A stretch of 64,000 bases of DNA from positions 61,992 through 125,991 of the forward strand of contig JBFGLM010000007.1 of NCBI GenBank assembly GCA_041576165.1, in the 5' to 3' direction. Made by a program: the position numbers and the translations under genes. The notes below the pieces were generated by a model, which worked only from the letters and a program-made list of their open reading frames with translations, ran no database searches and was not told the origin of the DNA. Position 1 is the stretch's first letter; the number at the start of each line of letters is the position of its first letter. Below, piece after piece: positions 17,525-28,700 of the stretch. Origin of the DNA: Acidimicrobiia bacterium. GTDB taxonomy: Bacteria; Actinomycetota; Acidimicrobiia; Spongiisociales; Spongiisociaceae.

Positions 17525-19009
17525 GTGCGTACCGTTTGGGTCCTTGGGGACCAGCTGAACCGCCAGATCTCCAGTCTGGCAGGCGCCGAGCCCGCCACCA
17601 GCCGGGTGCTGATGGTGGAATCAGCCGCGAAGCTGCGGTCGAAGGCGTTCCACCGCCAGCGGCTCCACTTGCTGCTCGCATCGATGCGGCGCTTCGCCGG
17701 TGAGCTCGCTTCCGTGGGATTCGACGTCGATTACCGGCAAGCTGAATCGTTGGGTGCCGGACTCGCCGCCCACCGACAAGAGTTTGAGCCGGACGAGATT
17801 GTCGCGATGGAACCGATGTCCCATGGCGGCCTCAACATGCTCCGCGACTGCGAAGTCAACGTCGTCGACGGTAACCAGTTCTTCTGCCACTACCGCGACT
17901 TCATCGACTGGTGTGAGGATCGCACCAGAATCACGATGGAGGACTTCTACCGCTGGCAACGGGTGAGCCACGGATACCTGATGGACGGCGACGAGCCTGC
18001 CGGCGGGAAGTGGAACTACGACCGGGAGAACCGAGAACCTCCGCCTGATCCGGGCTTCGACTGGCCTGAGCCGCTGCGGGACGAACTCGACGAACTGGAC
18101 CGGGAGGTCCTCGCCGCCCTGCCCGACACCGCGTGGGGCGCGCCGCCCAACGGCACCTGGGCGACGGACCGAGCAGGCGCCCAAGCTCGGCTCGACCACT
18201 TCGTGAAGACCGTCTTGCCCGACTTCGGCCCGTATCAGGACGCGATGTTGCGCAAACCGTGGGCTCTGGCCCACTCGTTACTCAGTCCCTATCTCAACAT
18301 CGGGTTGCTGACACCCGCCGAGGTCTGCGATGCGGCCGAAGCGGCGTACCGGGCCGGCGATGTGCAGATCGCGTCGGCCGAGGGCTTCATCCGCCAGGTG
18401 ATTGGCTGGCGCGAATACGTGTGGGGTGTCTACTGGCGCGACATGCCCCACTACGCCGAACGCAACGCACTCGGGGCGGACCGGCCGCTGCCGCCCGCCA
18501 TCCGGGAGGGCAGCACCCAGATGGCCTGTGTCCGGGAGTGCTGGCAGGGCGTGCACGACCGGGCGTACGCACACCACATCCAGCGGCTGATGGTGCTCGG
18601 CAACCTCGCTTTGCTGGCCGGCGTGCGCCCGTGGGAGATGGTCGAGTGGATGTGGCGCTCTTTCATCGACGGCGCCGAGTGGGTGATGGTCCCCAACGTG
18701 ATCGGGATGTCCCTCCACGCCGACGGTGGCGTCATGGCCACCAAGCCCTACGCGGCAGGCGGCAACTACGTCTCGAAGATGAGCGACTACTGCGGTGACT
18801 GTGCCTATGACCCCAAGCGGCGGACCGGAGACAAGGCGTGCCCGTTCACCACCTTGTACTGGGACTTCCTCGATCGCCACCGCGAGCGGTTTGCGGACAA
18901 CCATCGCATGTCCCATCAGATGGCCGGCCTGCGCCGTCGCGACGACCTCGATGCGATCAGAGCTCGAGCCGGCGAGGTACTGGACCGGCTGGGTGCGGGC
19001 ACACTGTGA
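17525..19009 (+). CDS. phrB: FeS-cluster bacterial cryptochrome/(6-4) photolyase (FeS-BCP)
   Basis: LGDQL start, GGKWNYDRENR, EGFIRQVIGWREY, HHIQRLM; Cys in MAC, YCGDC and ACPF. Confidence 0.9.
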   Translation: MRTVWVLGDQLNRQISSLAGAEPATSRVLMVESAAKLRSKAFHRQRLHLLLASMRRFAGELASVGFDVDYRQAESLGAGLAAHRQEFEPDEIVAMEPMSHGGLNMLRDCEVNVVDGNQFFCHYRDFIDWCEDRTRITMEDFYRWQRVSHGYLMDGDEPAGGKWNYDRENREPPPDPGFDWPEPLRDELDELDREVLAALPDTAWGAPPNGTWATDRAGAQARLDHFVKTVLPDFGPYQDAMLRKPWALAHSLLSPYLNIGLLTPAEVCDAAEAAYRAGDVQIASAEGFIRQVIGWREYVWGVYWRDMPHYAERNALGADRPLPPAIREGSTQMACVRECWQGVHDRAYAHHIQRLMVLGNLALLAGVRPWEMVEWMWRSFIDGAEWVMVPNVIGMSLHADGGVMATKPYAAGGNYVSKMSDYCGDCAYDPKRRTGDKACPFTTLYWDFLDRHRERFADNHRMSHQMAGLRRRDDLDAIRARAGEVLDRLGAGTL

Positions 19010-19010
19010 G

Positions 19011-20492
19011 CTAGCCGGCGAGCAACGGCGGCGTGCGCTCGCGCCATGGCCGGGCGGCCTCGAGTTGCGCGCCGAGCCGAAAAAGCGTTGCCTCGTCTGC
19101 ATAACGGCCCGTGAACTGGACGCCGACCGGCAGACCGTTGTGCCACGCCAGCGGCACCGACATCGATGGCTGACCGGTGACGTTCCACATCGGGTTGTTG
19201 GGGATCGACTCCAGCGCCTGGATGCCCATCCGCTGTAGGACCCTCCGGATCACTGCCCGGCTGGGCAGTCGCCGGATCACCTCGATGGCGCGGCGTTCGG
19301 TTTGGGTCAGCGTCATCTCGCCCAGCACCCATGGCGGCCGCGCCAGCGTAGCCTCGACGAACACGTCAACCCCGTCCCAGAATGGAGCCATTTGGCGCCC
19401 GAGCATCCGAACATGGTCGATGGCCGCCGCCAGGTCTTCGGCCGACAAGCGCCGACCAGCCAGGCCGGTAACCCAGGTGCCCAGCTCGAAGAGGTCGGGG
19501 TCGGGAGAGCGCCCGGCGGCGTTCGCAGCCCGGGTGATCCCCAGCGCCGCGGCGGCTGCGCTGAGGACGGCAAGGTGAAACGCCACCTCGCTGGTGTCCA
19601 CCCGGGGATGGTCCTCCACCACTTCGTGGCCCAGTTCTGCCAGTAGCGCCGAGGTGTCCTCTATCGCTGCGATGCACACCGGATGCATTGAATGCCCGAG
19701 CATCGGAAGGGGCGACACCGCGATACGAAGTCGCCCGGGTGGTGCGCCGACCTCCTCGATGTACGGCCGGGTGGGGGGAGGCGGGTAGTAAGGAGCGCCG
19801 GGGTCAGGACCGTGCGATGCGTCGAGCAGCGCGGCGCTGTCGCGCACGGTCACAGTGAGCACGTGATCAACCGACAGGCCGAACCATCCTTCACCCGTAT
19901 AGGGGCCCTTCGGCGTACGCGCCCGGGTCGGTTTGAGGCCGAACACGCCGCACATCGAAGCCGGAATGCGAATCGACCCGGCTCCATCGCTGGCGTGGGC
20001 CACCGGCACCATGCGGGAAGCCACAGCCGCTCCCGCACCTCCGCTCGAGCCACCCGCCGAGTGCTCCAGATGCCACGGGTTGCGGGTCGGTCCGAACAGT
20101 TCCGGTTCGGTGGTGGGCGCCATCCCGAACTCGGGAACGTTCGTTTGTCCCAGAATGGCCAGACCGGCCGACCGGTAGCGTGCCACCAGGTTCGAGTCAT
20201 GGTCGGCGATGGCGTGATTCAGCATCCTGCTGCCCATCGTCATTGGCGAACCGGCCACGGTTTGACCGAGGTCCTTGATGAGGGTCGGCACTCCGGCCAG
20301 CGGGGCACCCGGCGGCGGCTGCGTCCGGAGCGCCCGATCGTAGGACTTGTGGATGACCGCGTTCAGCGCAGGATTCAGCGCCTCGATCTGACGGATGGCT
20401 GCGTCGATGACTTCCGAGGGTGCGACATCACCGGCGGAGATGCGCTCGGCCAGCCCGACCGCGTCGTGTGCGAGATATTCGTTGGGGTTCAC
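19011..20492 (-). CDS. Amidase signature family protein
   Basis: [28 protein letters not shown]. Confidence 0.93.
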   Translation of the reverse strand: MNPNEYLAHDAVGLAERISAGDVAPSEVIDAAIRQIEALNPALNAVIHKSYDRALRTQPPPGAPLAGVPTLIKDLGQTVAGSPMTMGSRMLNHAIADHDSNLVARYRSAGLAILGQTNVPEFGMAPTTEPELFGPTRNPWHLEHSAGGSSGGAGAAVASRMVPVAHASDGAGSIRIPASMCGVFGLKPTRARTPKGPYTGEGWFGLSVDHVLTVTVRDSAALLDASHGPDPGAPYYPPPPTRPYIEEVGAPPGRLRIAVSPLPMLGHSMHPVCIAAIEDTSALLAELGHEVVEDHPRVDTSEVAFHLAVLSAAAAALGITRAANAAGRSPDPDLFELGTWVTGLAGRRLSAEDLAAAIDHVRMLGRQMAPFWDGVDVFVEATLARPPWVLGEMTLTQTERRAIEVIRRLPSRAVIRRVLQRMGIQALESIPNNPMWNVTGQPSMSVPLAWHNGLPVGVQFTGRYADEATLFRLGAQLEAARPWRERTPPLLAG

Positions 20493-20816
20493 CGCACCTC
20501 CGTGCGTAGTTCACCCGTCCGGTCGGACGCCGTACTAGACCGGACGCGACACGGGAGAATGCCCATAACGTAGCCCGATGCGAGCGGCATGCTGGCGGTC
20601 AGGCTCGTGGTGGATCCTGACCGCTGCTCATGTTTCATGACATCAGGCTCGAGGTGTCGCACGGCGGCAAACACTCATCACGGTCGGATGCTCGGTGGGT
20701 ACCGACACATCGACTCCCTGAGACGGTTGCACTGGCGGGAGTTTCGGCGTGCGTCTGCGCGGCGCATCGTCACCTGGGGAGGGACCCAGCTGCGGCCAGC
20801 AGCTGGGCGGAGAAAG

Positions 20817-20850
20817 ACAATGGGCGGCTGGGAAACCGGTCGCCCATTGT
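20817..20850. terminator. Hairpin, terminator-like
   Basis: ACAATGGGCG..CGCCCATTGT 10-bp outer stem closing a GAAA loop. Confidence 0.5.
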
Positions 20851-20939
20851 TCGTCGTTCAGTAGATGGATGGCAAAAACGATGCCGGTATTAAGAACGGG
20901 CCGGTCGTAGCATGTGGAACTGAGGGGGGCTCATCCGCG

Positions 20940-21731
20940 ATGGCCACAGAATCACCGATGAAACAGCAATTGCTCACGCCTCTTTATCGTCTGTACGAGA
21001 AGCGCCTGCGTCGTCATCTGGACCGCAGCGCGCTTCCCCGCCACATCGGCATCATCCTCGACGGCCACCGGCGGTATGCCCGGGCCGAGCGGATGCCCGA
21101 CTACAAGACCAGCTACCGGGTGGGCATGGCTAAGTTCGAGTCGGTGATGTTGTGGGCGAAGGAGCTCGATATCGACATCACTGGCTGGGTCCTGTCGACC
21201 GAGAATCTGAAGCGCCCGGCCGAAGAGATCGAACCGTATTTCGACGTCCTGATCGAGTTGTTCGACCGCCTGCCGGTGCTGGCGCAACGGCACGGGTTCC
21301 AGCTTCGCTTCATCGGTAGTCTCGACGTGCTGCCGGTGCGCTTGGTCGAGGCGGCCAAGCGTGCGGCCGAGGCGTGCACGGCGGGCAGCCCAACGGTCAC
21401 CATTGCGATGGGCTACGGCGGCCGCCAGGAGATCGTGGACGCGTGTCGGGAGCTGGTCGATGATCTCGTGGCCCGCGGGGTGGAACCGTCCGAACTGTCC
21501 CAGCACATCGACAAGGACACCATTTCGGCCCATCTCTACACGGCCGATCTCCCCGACCCGGATCTCGTCATCCGCACCTCCGGCGAATCGCGGTTGTCCG
21601 GGTTCCTGCTGTGGCAATCGGCCTACGCCGAATACGCCTTCGTGGACGTCTTCTGGCCGGCGTTTCGCCGGGTCGATTTTCTGCGCGCCCTACGCGACTA
21701 CACGCGACGGGAGCGTCGCTTCGGGCAATGA
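20940..21731 (+). CDS. uppS: cis-prenyltransferase (UppS / Rv1086-like)
   Basis: HIGIILDGHRR, LSTENLKR, GYGGRQEI, DPDLVIRTSGESRLSGFLLWQ, RRFG. Confidence 0.9.
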   Translation: MATESPMKQQLLTPLYRLYEKRLRRHLDRSALPRHIGIILDGHRRYARAERMPDYKTSYRVGMAKFESVMLWAKELDIDITGWVLSTENLKRPAEEIEPYFDVLIELFDRLPVLAQRHGFQLRFIGSLDVLPVRLVEAAKRAAEACTAGSPTVTIAMGYGGRQEIVDACRELVDDLVARGVEPSELSQHIDKDTISAHLYTADLPDPDLVIRTSGESRLSGFLLWQSAYAEYAFVDVFWPAFRRVDFLRALRDYTRRERRFGQ

Positions 21732-21798
21732 GCCCGTCCTCTGTTGAACCACGTGGCTCGAAACTGGCCTGCCGGCACCCGGCGCCTACACTCCCGGC

Positions 21799-21951
21799 AT
21801 GCGACGACCCAACCTTCGCGATCTGACGCTCAACTGGACGACCTCGGACCTCCCGCTCTCTGAGAAGGTGAAATCAGTCATCCGCAACAACTGGATCAAG
21901 GTTTCGACCGGCTCCCACTGCTGCGGCCACCACGGCGAACCCGGTTGTTGA
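21799..21951 (+). CDS. Small Cys/His-tailed protein (50 aa), absent from the ORF track
   Basis: MRRPNLRDLTLNWTTSDLPLSEKVKSVIRNNWIKVSTGSHCCGHHGEPGC*; TACACT -10 six nt before ATG; GC-rich third positions. Confidence 0.75.
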   Translation: MRRPNLRDLTLNWTTSDLPLSEKVKSVIRNNWIKVSTGSHCCGHHGEPGC

Positions 21952-22109
21952 GTAGGTCCTCCCGAGCCCGGTGCGGGCTCGCACGAGCACCATCATGAAC
22001 ACTGATCGGGCCGCCCGCAGCCAGACCGATCCTCGCGCGGCAGGTGGATGAGTCGCGGCAGACCTGCCCGGGCTTGCTGTGGCCTGACAGCCATTAGCCT
22101 CTTCGGCTG

Positions 22110-22661
22110 ATGAGCGGTACACGTGCAGCGCTGGTCGACCATCTGCGGACCACAGCCTTGAGAACCGATGGGCCGTTCGTTCTGCGGAGCGGTGCGACAT
22201 CTTCTTGGTACCTGGACGCCCGCCCCATCACCTATTCAGGCGCAGGAGCCTGCATGATCGGCCCTGTGGTTCTCGATCATCTCGACCCGACGGTGGAAGC
22301 GGTCGGTGGCATGACGATGGGAGCCGACCCGATCGCCCTGGCGGTGGCCATCACCGCTACCAGGGAAGGCAGGAGCCTGAATGCTTTTTCGATTCGGAAG
22401 GCCGAGAAGGACCACGGTACGGGCGGCCGGCTGGTCGGACCGGTGACCGCCGGGACGCGAGTCGCGGTGCTCGAAGACACGACGACCACCGGAGGAGCGC
22501 TCTTCGAGGCCATCGACGTGGCCGAGACCGAGGGCCTGGTGGTCGTCCAGGCCATCTCCCTGCTCGACCGTAGCGCCGGGGTCGTGGCGGCGGGTATGGG
22601 CGGGCGCCGGATACCGTATGTGAGCGTGATCACACCGGCCGATCTGGGAGTCGAGGCATGA
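22110..22661 (+). CDS. pyrE: Orotate phosphoribosyltransferase
   Basis: FVLRSGATSSWYLD, GGMTMGADP, IRKAEKDHG, PRPP-binding VAVLEDTTTTG. Confidence 0.93.
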   Translation: MSGTRAALVDHLRTTALRTDGPFVLRSGATSSWYLDARPITYSGAGACMIGPVVLDHLDPTVEAVGGMTMGADPIALAVAITATREGRSLNAFSIRKAEKDHGTGGRLVGPVTAGTRVAVLEDTTTTGGALFEAIDVAETEGLVVVQAISLLDRSAGVVAAGMGGRRIPYVSVITPADLGVEA

Positions 22662-23467
22662 ACCCGGTTGTCGTCCGCCGCTCGGCGGTCCGGATGTGGT
22701 TGATCGCGGTCCTCGCTGTCCCGTTCGTGCTGTACGGAGCCGACTTGTTGCTGGAACGCCGGTTCGTCACGTCGGTCCTGAACCTCATCCACCCCGATGG
22801 CGAGCTGCCGGCCGTCGAAACCCGCGATCTGGCGTGGGCCTGGACCTTTGTGCTCGTTGGTGGCGGGATTGCGTTGTGGGCGCTCAAAGAGCTGGTGCTG
22901 CCCCGCAAGCTGATAGAAGCAGACGAGGACCGCCTGACGCTGCGCATGGGCGGCCCCCTGGCCAAGCCAGCCCGGATCCCCTGGTCCTCGATCAAGGAAC
23001 TCGCTGCCAGCCGAGCGGCCGACGATGGAGATGTCTTTCCGGTGTTGGTGATCGAATTCTGGCCCGAGTCTCTGCCAGACGATCTTCCTGCGGCACCGTG
23101 GGGGGCCCGGTGGGTGGAGCCGACGTCGCTGGCGATGTCCGCCCGGGAATGGGACAAGCCGGTCACCCGAGTCGTTGAACTTCTGCGAGGTCTGATCGGC
23201 CTCGCCCGTGCCCGCTTTCCGGCACCGGCCGTCGAATCGCTGGCCAATCCGGAGTCCATCGAGCCGATCGAGTTGGCGCTGTTTGAACAACCGTCCGAAT
23301 CACCGGCCGCGAGCGAACCCGAACCCGAGCTCCGGCAGCACTGGAGTGACGTGGCGGCTGAGCCGGACACAGACCGTGCCCATGAGCCTCGCTCGCTGCT
23401 CGATCTGCCGCGGTCTCGTTTCTCGGGCTCGCATTGGATCATCATCGAAGACGACGAAGCACCATGA
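22658..23467 (+). CDS. Hypothetical membrane protein
   Basis: Two TM segments; ATGA overlaps with pyrE and nfo. Confidence 0.7.
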   Translation: MNPVVVRRSAVRMWLIAVLAVPFVLYGADLLLERRFVTSVLNLIHPDGELPAVETRDLAWAWTFVLVGGGIALWALKELVLPRKLIEADEDRLTLRMGGPLAKPARIPWSSIKELAASRAADDGDVFPVLVIEFWPESLPDDLPAAPWGARWVEPTSLAMSAREWDKPVTRVVELLRGLIGLARARFPAPAVESLANPESIEPIELALFEQPSESPAASEPEPELRQHWSDVAAEPDTDRAHEPRSLLDLPRSRFSGSHWIIIEDDEAP

Positions 23468-24240
23468 CCGACGTACACGTAGGTGTCCACGTGGGAACTG
23501 CCGACCCGCTGACGGCCGCGGCCGTCCGCGGCGCCGATTTGGTGCAGATTTTCCTGGGCAACCCACAGTCATGGAAGAAGCCCCCTGAGCGAGCCGACGC
23601 TGAAGCCCTCGCTACCGCCGAGCTACCGATCTATGTCCACGCCCCCTATCTCGTCAATGTCGCGAGCGCCAACAACCGGATACGCATACCCAGCCGCAAG
23701 ATCCTGGCCGATACGATCGAGGCCGCAGAGAGGATCCGCGCCGCAGGGATAATCGTGCACGGCGGACACGTCACCGACGATGAAGACGTCGCCGCCGGTT
23801 TCCCTCGCTGGCGCAAAGCGCTCGAGCAGCTCGAAACCGACATCCCGATCATTATCGAAAACACTGCAGGTGGCACGAACGCCATGGCACGCCGGATCGA
23901 TGTGCTGGACCAGCTGTGGGACGTCATCGGCGATATGAACCCCGGTTTTTGCCTTGACACGTGCCACGCCTGGGCGGGCGGGGAGAACCCGGATGGGATC
24001 GTTGATCGGGTGATGGACGCAATCGGTCGAATCGACCTGGTTCACCTCAACGACAGCCGTGATCCCTTTGACAGTCGCCGGGACCGGCACACCAACCTGG
24101 GCTACGGCGAAATTGACCCCGACTATCTGGTGGAAATCGTGCACCGGGCGGGAGCGCCGGCGGTGATCGAGACCCCCGGCGGAGTGGACATGCATCAGGC
24201 CGATCTGGAGTGGATTCGCTCGAGGATTGCCCGACGGTAG
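23464..24240 (+). CDS. nfo: Endonuclease IV
   Basis: [44 protein letters not shown]. Confidence 0.95.
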   Translation: MTDVHVGVHVGTADPLTAAAVRGADLVQIFLGNPQSWKKPPERADAEALATAELPIYVHAPYLVNVASANNRIRIPSRKILADTIEAAERIRAAGIIVHGGHVTDDEDVAAGFPRWRKALEQLETDIPIIIENTAGGTNAMARRIDVLDQLWDVIGDMNPGFCLDTCHAWAGGENPDGIVDRVMDAIGRIDLVHLNDSRDPFDSRRDRHTNLGYGEIDPDYLVEIVHRAGAPAVIETPGGVDMHQADLEWIRSRIARR

Positions 24241-24307
24241 GCGGCCAGTCGACCACTTATAGTGGCATTGGGAACTCTTTTTTCCCGGCCTTCGTCACAA
24301 TGAGTGT

Positions 24308-25192
24308 ATGAAGCCAATTGCCCTGGTCGTGGCGGCGGCCTTCATTCTTTCAGCCTGCGCCGGTGAGTCAGATCCCTCTGGGCCTCCTGCCCTCGAGCCG
24401 AGCGTCCAGGCAGCGCCGGCGGAAGATATCCGGTTCTCACCACCGGCCCTCACGCTGACGTCGGATGCCGGCGAGCGGGTAGAACTCCACGCGTTCGCTT
24501 ATTGCTGGACGGCTCCCGATGTTTCGCTGTGCGCGGACGGTGACCCTTGGTATTTCGGGGCGGAGACACTGGCCGGCGAAACCACGTTCTCCATGGTCTG
24601 GCCCCTCGATGGCTGGTCCTGGACCGTAGAGGCCCGCACCCAGGATACCGACTGCAACGCGGTGCTCCCCCGGCTCACCAACCAGCGGGCCGGGACCCCG
24701 ATCGTGGCGCCCGCCGGCGGAGAGCTGGTGTTTGTGACCGGACGGGGACCTGAAGGCGACGCAACGTTTGCGTTCAGCCCCGCTTTTGGTGCCGCGACGA
24801 GTGCGGTCGGGATGACGGCCATCGTCTCACTGGCGCCACCGGAGGTATCGCCGGTGGACGCGAAAGGCCTGGCCGTGCAGGTTTCGAACATTGATCAGCA
24901 ACCCGACCATTTCTCCGCCAGCGCCTTCATCGAAGGGTCAGGCGGCCGCGTCGCCGAGTTCGAGCTTGTGCCTGCTGCTTCCGGCGCCTGCTGGTCCGGC
25001 AGCTTGCATGCTGCCATTGATCCAGATGCGCCCGAAGTTGGGCTCACGGGCTTCGGGCTGCCGCTGTCGATCAGCATCGATATGGTGATCGGCGATGTGG
25101 TATTGCGCAGCGACCCAGTCATGTGGCCGGACGATTTCACGACCAACACGGCGCAGAGCCCAGATCTGGCATTGAGTCAGCTGGGGCGCTGA
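24308..25192 (+). CDS. Hypothetical lipoprotein
   Basis: Lipobox LSAC; YCW..CAD motif. Confidence 0.75.
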   Translation: MKPIALVVAAAFILSACAGESDPSGPPALEPSVQAAPAEDIRFSPPALTLTSDAGERVELHAFAYCWTAPDVSLCADGDPWYFGAETLAGETTFSMVWPLDGWSWTVEARTQDTDCNAVLPRLTNQRAGTPIVAPAGGELVFVTGRGPEGDATFAFSPAFGAATSAVGMTAIVSLAPPEVSPVDAKGLAVQVSNIDQQPDHFSASAFIEGSGGRVAEFELVPAASGACWSGSLHAAIDPDAPEVGLTGFGLPLSISIDMVIGDVVLRSDPVMWPDDFTTNTAQSPDLALSQLGR

Positions 25193-25209
25193 GCCGGGTC
25201 AGGGAGATC

Positions 25210-25518
25210 TCAGGCCACTGCAGCCGGGTCGAAGGGTTCGATCATGATGCATTCGCCCGGGCATTCCTCGGCGGCTTCGATGGTGTCCTCTATCTGCGAA
25301 TCAGGCACTCGCGCGAGGCCGCGGGCTCCGTCGGGTCCATGGCCTTCGCCGCTGGCGCCATCGAAGATGATCGTCCGATCGAAATGCCGTGCTTCTTCTT
25401 TCACAATCCACAACCCGTCGTCCCGAGCCGTGAACACGTCGGGTGCGATCTCTTCGCAGATGCCGTCGCCGGTGCAGAGGTCCTGGTCGATCCACACCAT
25501 CAGTCTCGTTTCTTTCAT
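25210..25518 (-). CDS. Ferredoxin (actinobacterial single-cluster type)
   Basis: CTGDGICEEIAP..ECPGECI. Confidence 0.92.
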   Translation of the reverse strand: MKETRLMVWIDQDLCTGDGICEEIAPDVFTARDDGLWIVKEEARHFDRTIIFDGASGEGHGPDGARGLARVPDSQIEDTIEAAEECPGECIMIEPFDPAAVA

Positions 25519-25757
25519 TCCACCTAACTCCTTACTCGCCGCCCATCCTCACAGCTGGGCATCGCCCGGGCACGATCCATGGGACCGCCGGCGCAACTGC
25601 ACCGTAGCGGGTACCGGGGCCACTGGATCAATCCGCCCATGCCTGTGCGACCCGAAACGCGTACGATGTCCGCCGTCGTGATAGGCAATACCCTGCAACT
25701 GGGCGTTCCAAACGCGGGCCCGGCTTTCGGTGAATCACAGGGCAAGCAGAGCGCTGA

Positions 25758-28700
25758 TCAGACTCCGACCAGGTTCCCGAACCGGTGCAGCGTGCGGCTG
25801 ATCGCCTGTTCGCGCAGGTACCACCGCATTTCGTGGCGACTGTTGGCGACCACCGGAGCGTCGATCAGGTCGATCTCCGCCTGGTTGGCCGCTTGCCGCA
25901 GGTCTGACTCCGGAGTACCGACCATCCGGATGCGGGACCATTGCGGCATCCGCTCTACGAGCCCCACTCCGGATTCCACAGTCACCCCAATACCCATGGC
26001 GGCGAGATCGGGCCAGCCCCGATGGGCGCTGACATCAACGGGTACGCCCGCAGCGACCACCGCCACCACCGATCGCAGAACATCACGCAGCCCGGCGTCG
26101 TCCCCGATCCGGATGACCACACACGGACGCGGCAGGTAGCGGAACTGGTTGGCTTCCACGGTCAGTCCGGACTCGTCCCGAATTCGGCCGAACTGGCGGT
26201 CCCACCAGTACCCATCGCTGGCGGCCGCGGCTCGCAGCCAGGTCAGGTCCTCGTCGGCGAGGCCCTTGAACCGGCCGATGACCTCGCGGACCGGCTGACG
26301 CGGCTCGATGCCGTGCCGGGGAGGGCCGGTCGAGGTCCAGGTGCCCAACTGGATCACGTAGTTCGCGCCGCCTGCTTTGGCCCCCGGTCCAACCACCGAC
26401 CGTTTCCAACCTCCGAAGGGTTGGCGCCGGACGATTGCGCCGGTGATGTGGCGGTTGACGTACGTGTTGCCGACTTCGACCCGGTCGATCCAGCGGTCCA
26501 CCTCGTGCGGATCAAGGCTGTGGATACCACCCGTCAGGCCATAGGCGCTGGCGTTCTGGAGCTCAATCGCGTGGTCGAGGTCCCGGGCGTGCATCAGGCC
26601 CAGTACGGGACCGAAGCACTCGGTCTGATGGAACCACGAGCCGGGTCGGACATCGTCCAGGATTCCCGGCGACCACAGCCGCCCGGCGTCGTCCAGCTGT
26701 CTGGGCCGCAACAACCACCGTACATCCGTGGCGGTCAACGCCCGGTGCAGCGGCCCCTCCGGCGGGCGGATAACCGGGCCCATCACAGTTTCCAACTGGT
26801 CCGTGTAGCCGAGCGCCATGCTCTCGGTGGCATCGATCACCTGGCGTCGGAACCGGTCCGAGCTATACAGGTCACCGACGAGGATGGCGAGGCTGGCGGC
26901 GGAGCATTTCTGGCCGGAGTGACCGAACGCCGATTTCACCAGGTCGGCTGCCGCCAGGTCGATATCGGCGTGGGGCGTGACGATGATCGCGTTCTTCCCG
27001 CTGGTCTCGGCGAACAGCCGTATGTCTGGTTTCCACGTCTTGAACAGCCTGGCGGTCTCCCAGCTTCCGGTCAGGATCACACCGTCGACACTGGCGTGGG
27101 TGATCAGGTGGCGCCCCACGTCATCGTCGGGGGTGCGGACAAACTGGAGTGCCTCGGCAGGCACACCGCCTGCCCAGCAAGCCTCGGCCACCAGCTCGGC
27201 GCAGCGAGGTGTCTCGGGTGCGGGCTTGAAGACCACGGCATTGCCGGCGGCGAGCGATGCCAGCACCCCGCCGGCAGGGATGGCCACCGGGAAGTTCCAC
27301 GGCGGCACGACCGCCACCACTCCGAGTGGCGTGAACACCGATCCGTCGTCGGGAGCAGTATCGAGGGCCCGATCGGCGTAGTAGCGGGCGAAGTCGATGG
27401 CTTCGCTGACCTCGGGATCGGCTTGCGAGAACGTCTTCGAGCCCTCGTGCATCATGGCCGCGATCAGGTCTCCACGCCTGACTGCCAGCTCATGGGCCAC
27501 GTCGAGCAGGATGGCCCGCCGTTCGGCGGGTGGCAGCTGCGCCCAGGTCTTGGCGCCCTCAACGGCCGTCGCCACCCGCCCATCGATCGCCGATCTGGTG
27601 GTCGTCAGCGGCTCGGCCACCGGTGCCGGCCGGCGGCCGGCGACCTCACGGATCCACTCCTGATTGGGAGCGAGTACGGGATCGGTATCCGGCTCGTTCG
27701 AGAACGGGGCATCGATTGGCCGGCGTACCGGCGGTTGCCCCCGATTCTGGGTGCGGCGCGGACCGGCCGAGACCGCTCCGCGCATATCGAGCGACTGTCG
27801 AAATATCTGCTCTTGCTCTCGGAATGCGGCGGAACCCGGGGCCAGCGAGAAAAGCGAGTGGAGGAAGTTGTCTTTCGAGGCGTTTTCCTCGAGCCGGCGA
27901 AACAGGTAGGCGATCGCCACATCGAAGTCCGTGTCGGCCACGACAGGGGTATAGAGCAACATCGTGCCGGTGTCGGTGTGGACGACATCTGCCTGCGAAG
28001 GGGCCATGCCTTGGAGCATTTCGAACTCGACCCGATCGGCTACGTCGCGGCGGCCGGCGAGCAGATGGGTCCAGGCGATATCGAACAGGTTGTGGCTGCC
28101 GATACCGATGCGCACACCAGACAGGCGGTCAGAAACGAGCACCCAGTCGATGCATCGCTTGTAGTTGGCGTCGGTCTCGACCTTCGTGAGGTAGGGGGCC
28201 TGCTCCCAGCCGTGGATCTCGGCTTCGACCCGCTCCATGGCGAGGTTTGCCCCTTTTACGAGCCGTATCTTGATCCAGCCGCCTCCGCGAGCGTGGCGCT
28301 GGTTGGCCCATGCCACGAGGCGCTGCAAGGCCGGGAATGAGTCCGGGAGATAAGCCTGTAGCACGATGCCGGCATCGAGGGCCGGCCGCAGGTCGAGCTG
28401 GTGCATGAAGGCATCGAGCGTCAGGTCGAGATCCCGGTATTCCTCCATGTCGAGGTTGACGAATGTCCGGGGTTCAGCAGCGGCTGCGGCGTCATACAGC
28501 CGCCCGAGCCGGTCCTCGATCCGGGCCAGGGTGGCGTCGTAGGCCCACAGATCAAGCTGGCTGGCGATCGACGAGATCTTGACCGACACATAATCCACAT
28601 CCGGTCGCGCGACGAGCGCCAGCGTCCGATCAAAGCGACGTTGCGCCTCCGCTTCGCCCAAGATCGTCTCCCCGAGCAGGTTCACGTTCATGGCGAGACC

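Noticed and set aside
25941-28340. 799-aa + strand ORF and similar long antisense ORFs (559-1863, 41072-43045, 50688-52196, 53164-54516)
   Set aside because: Shadow ORFs opposite well-supported genes, expected in high-GC DNA, with no recognisable motifs.
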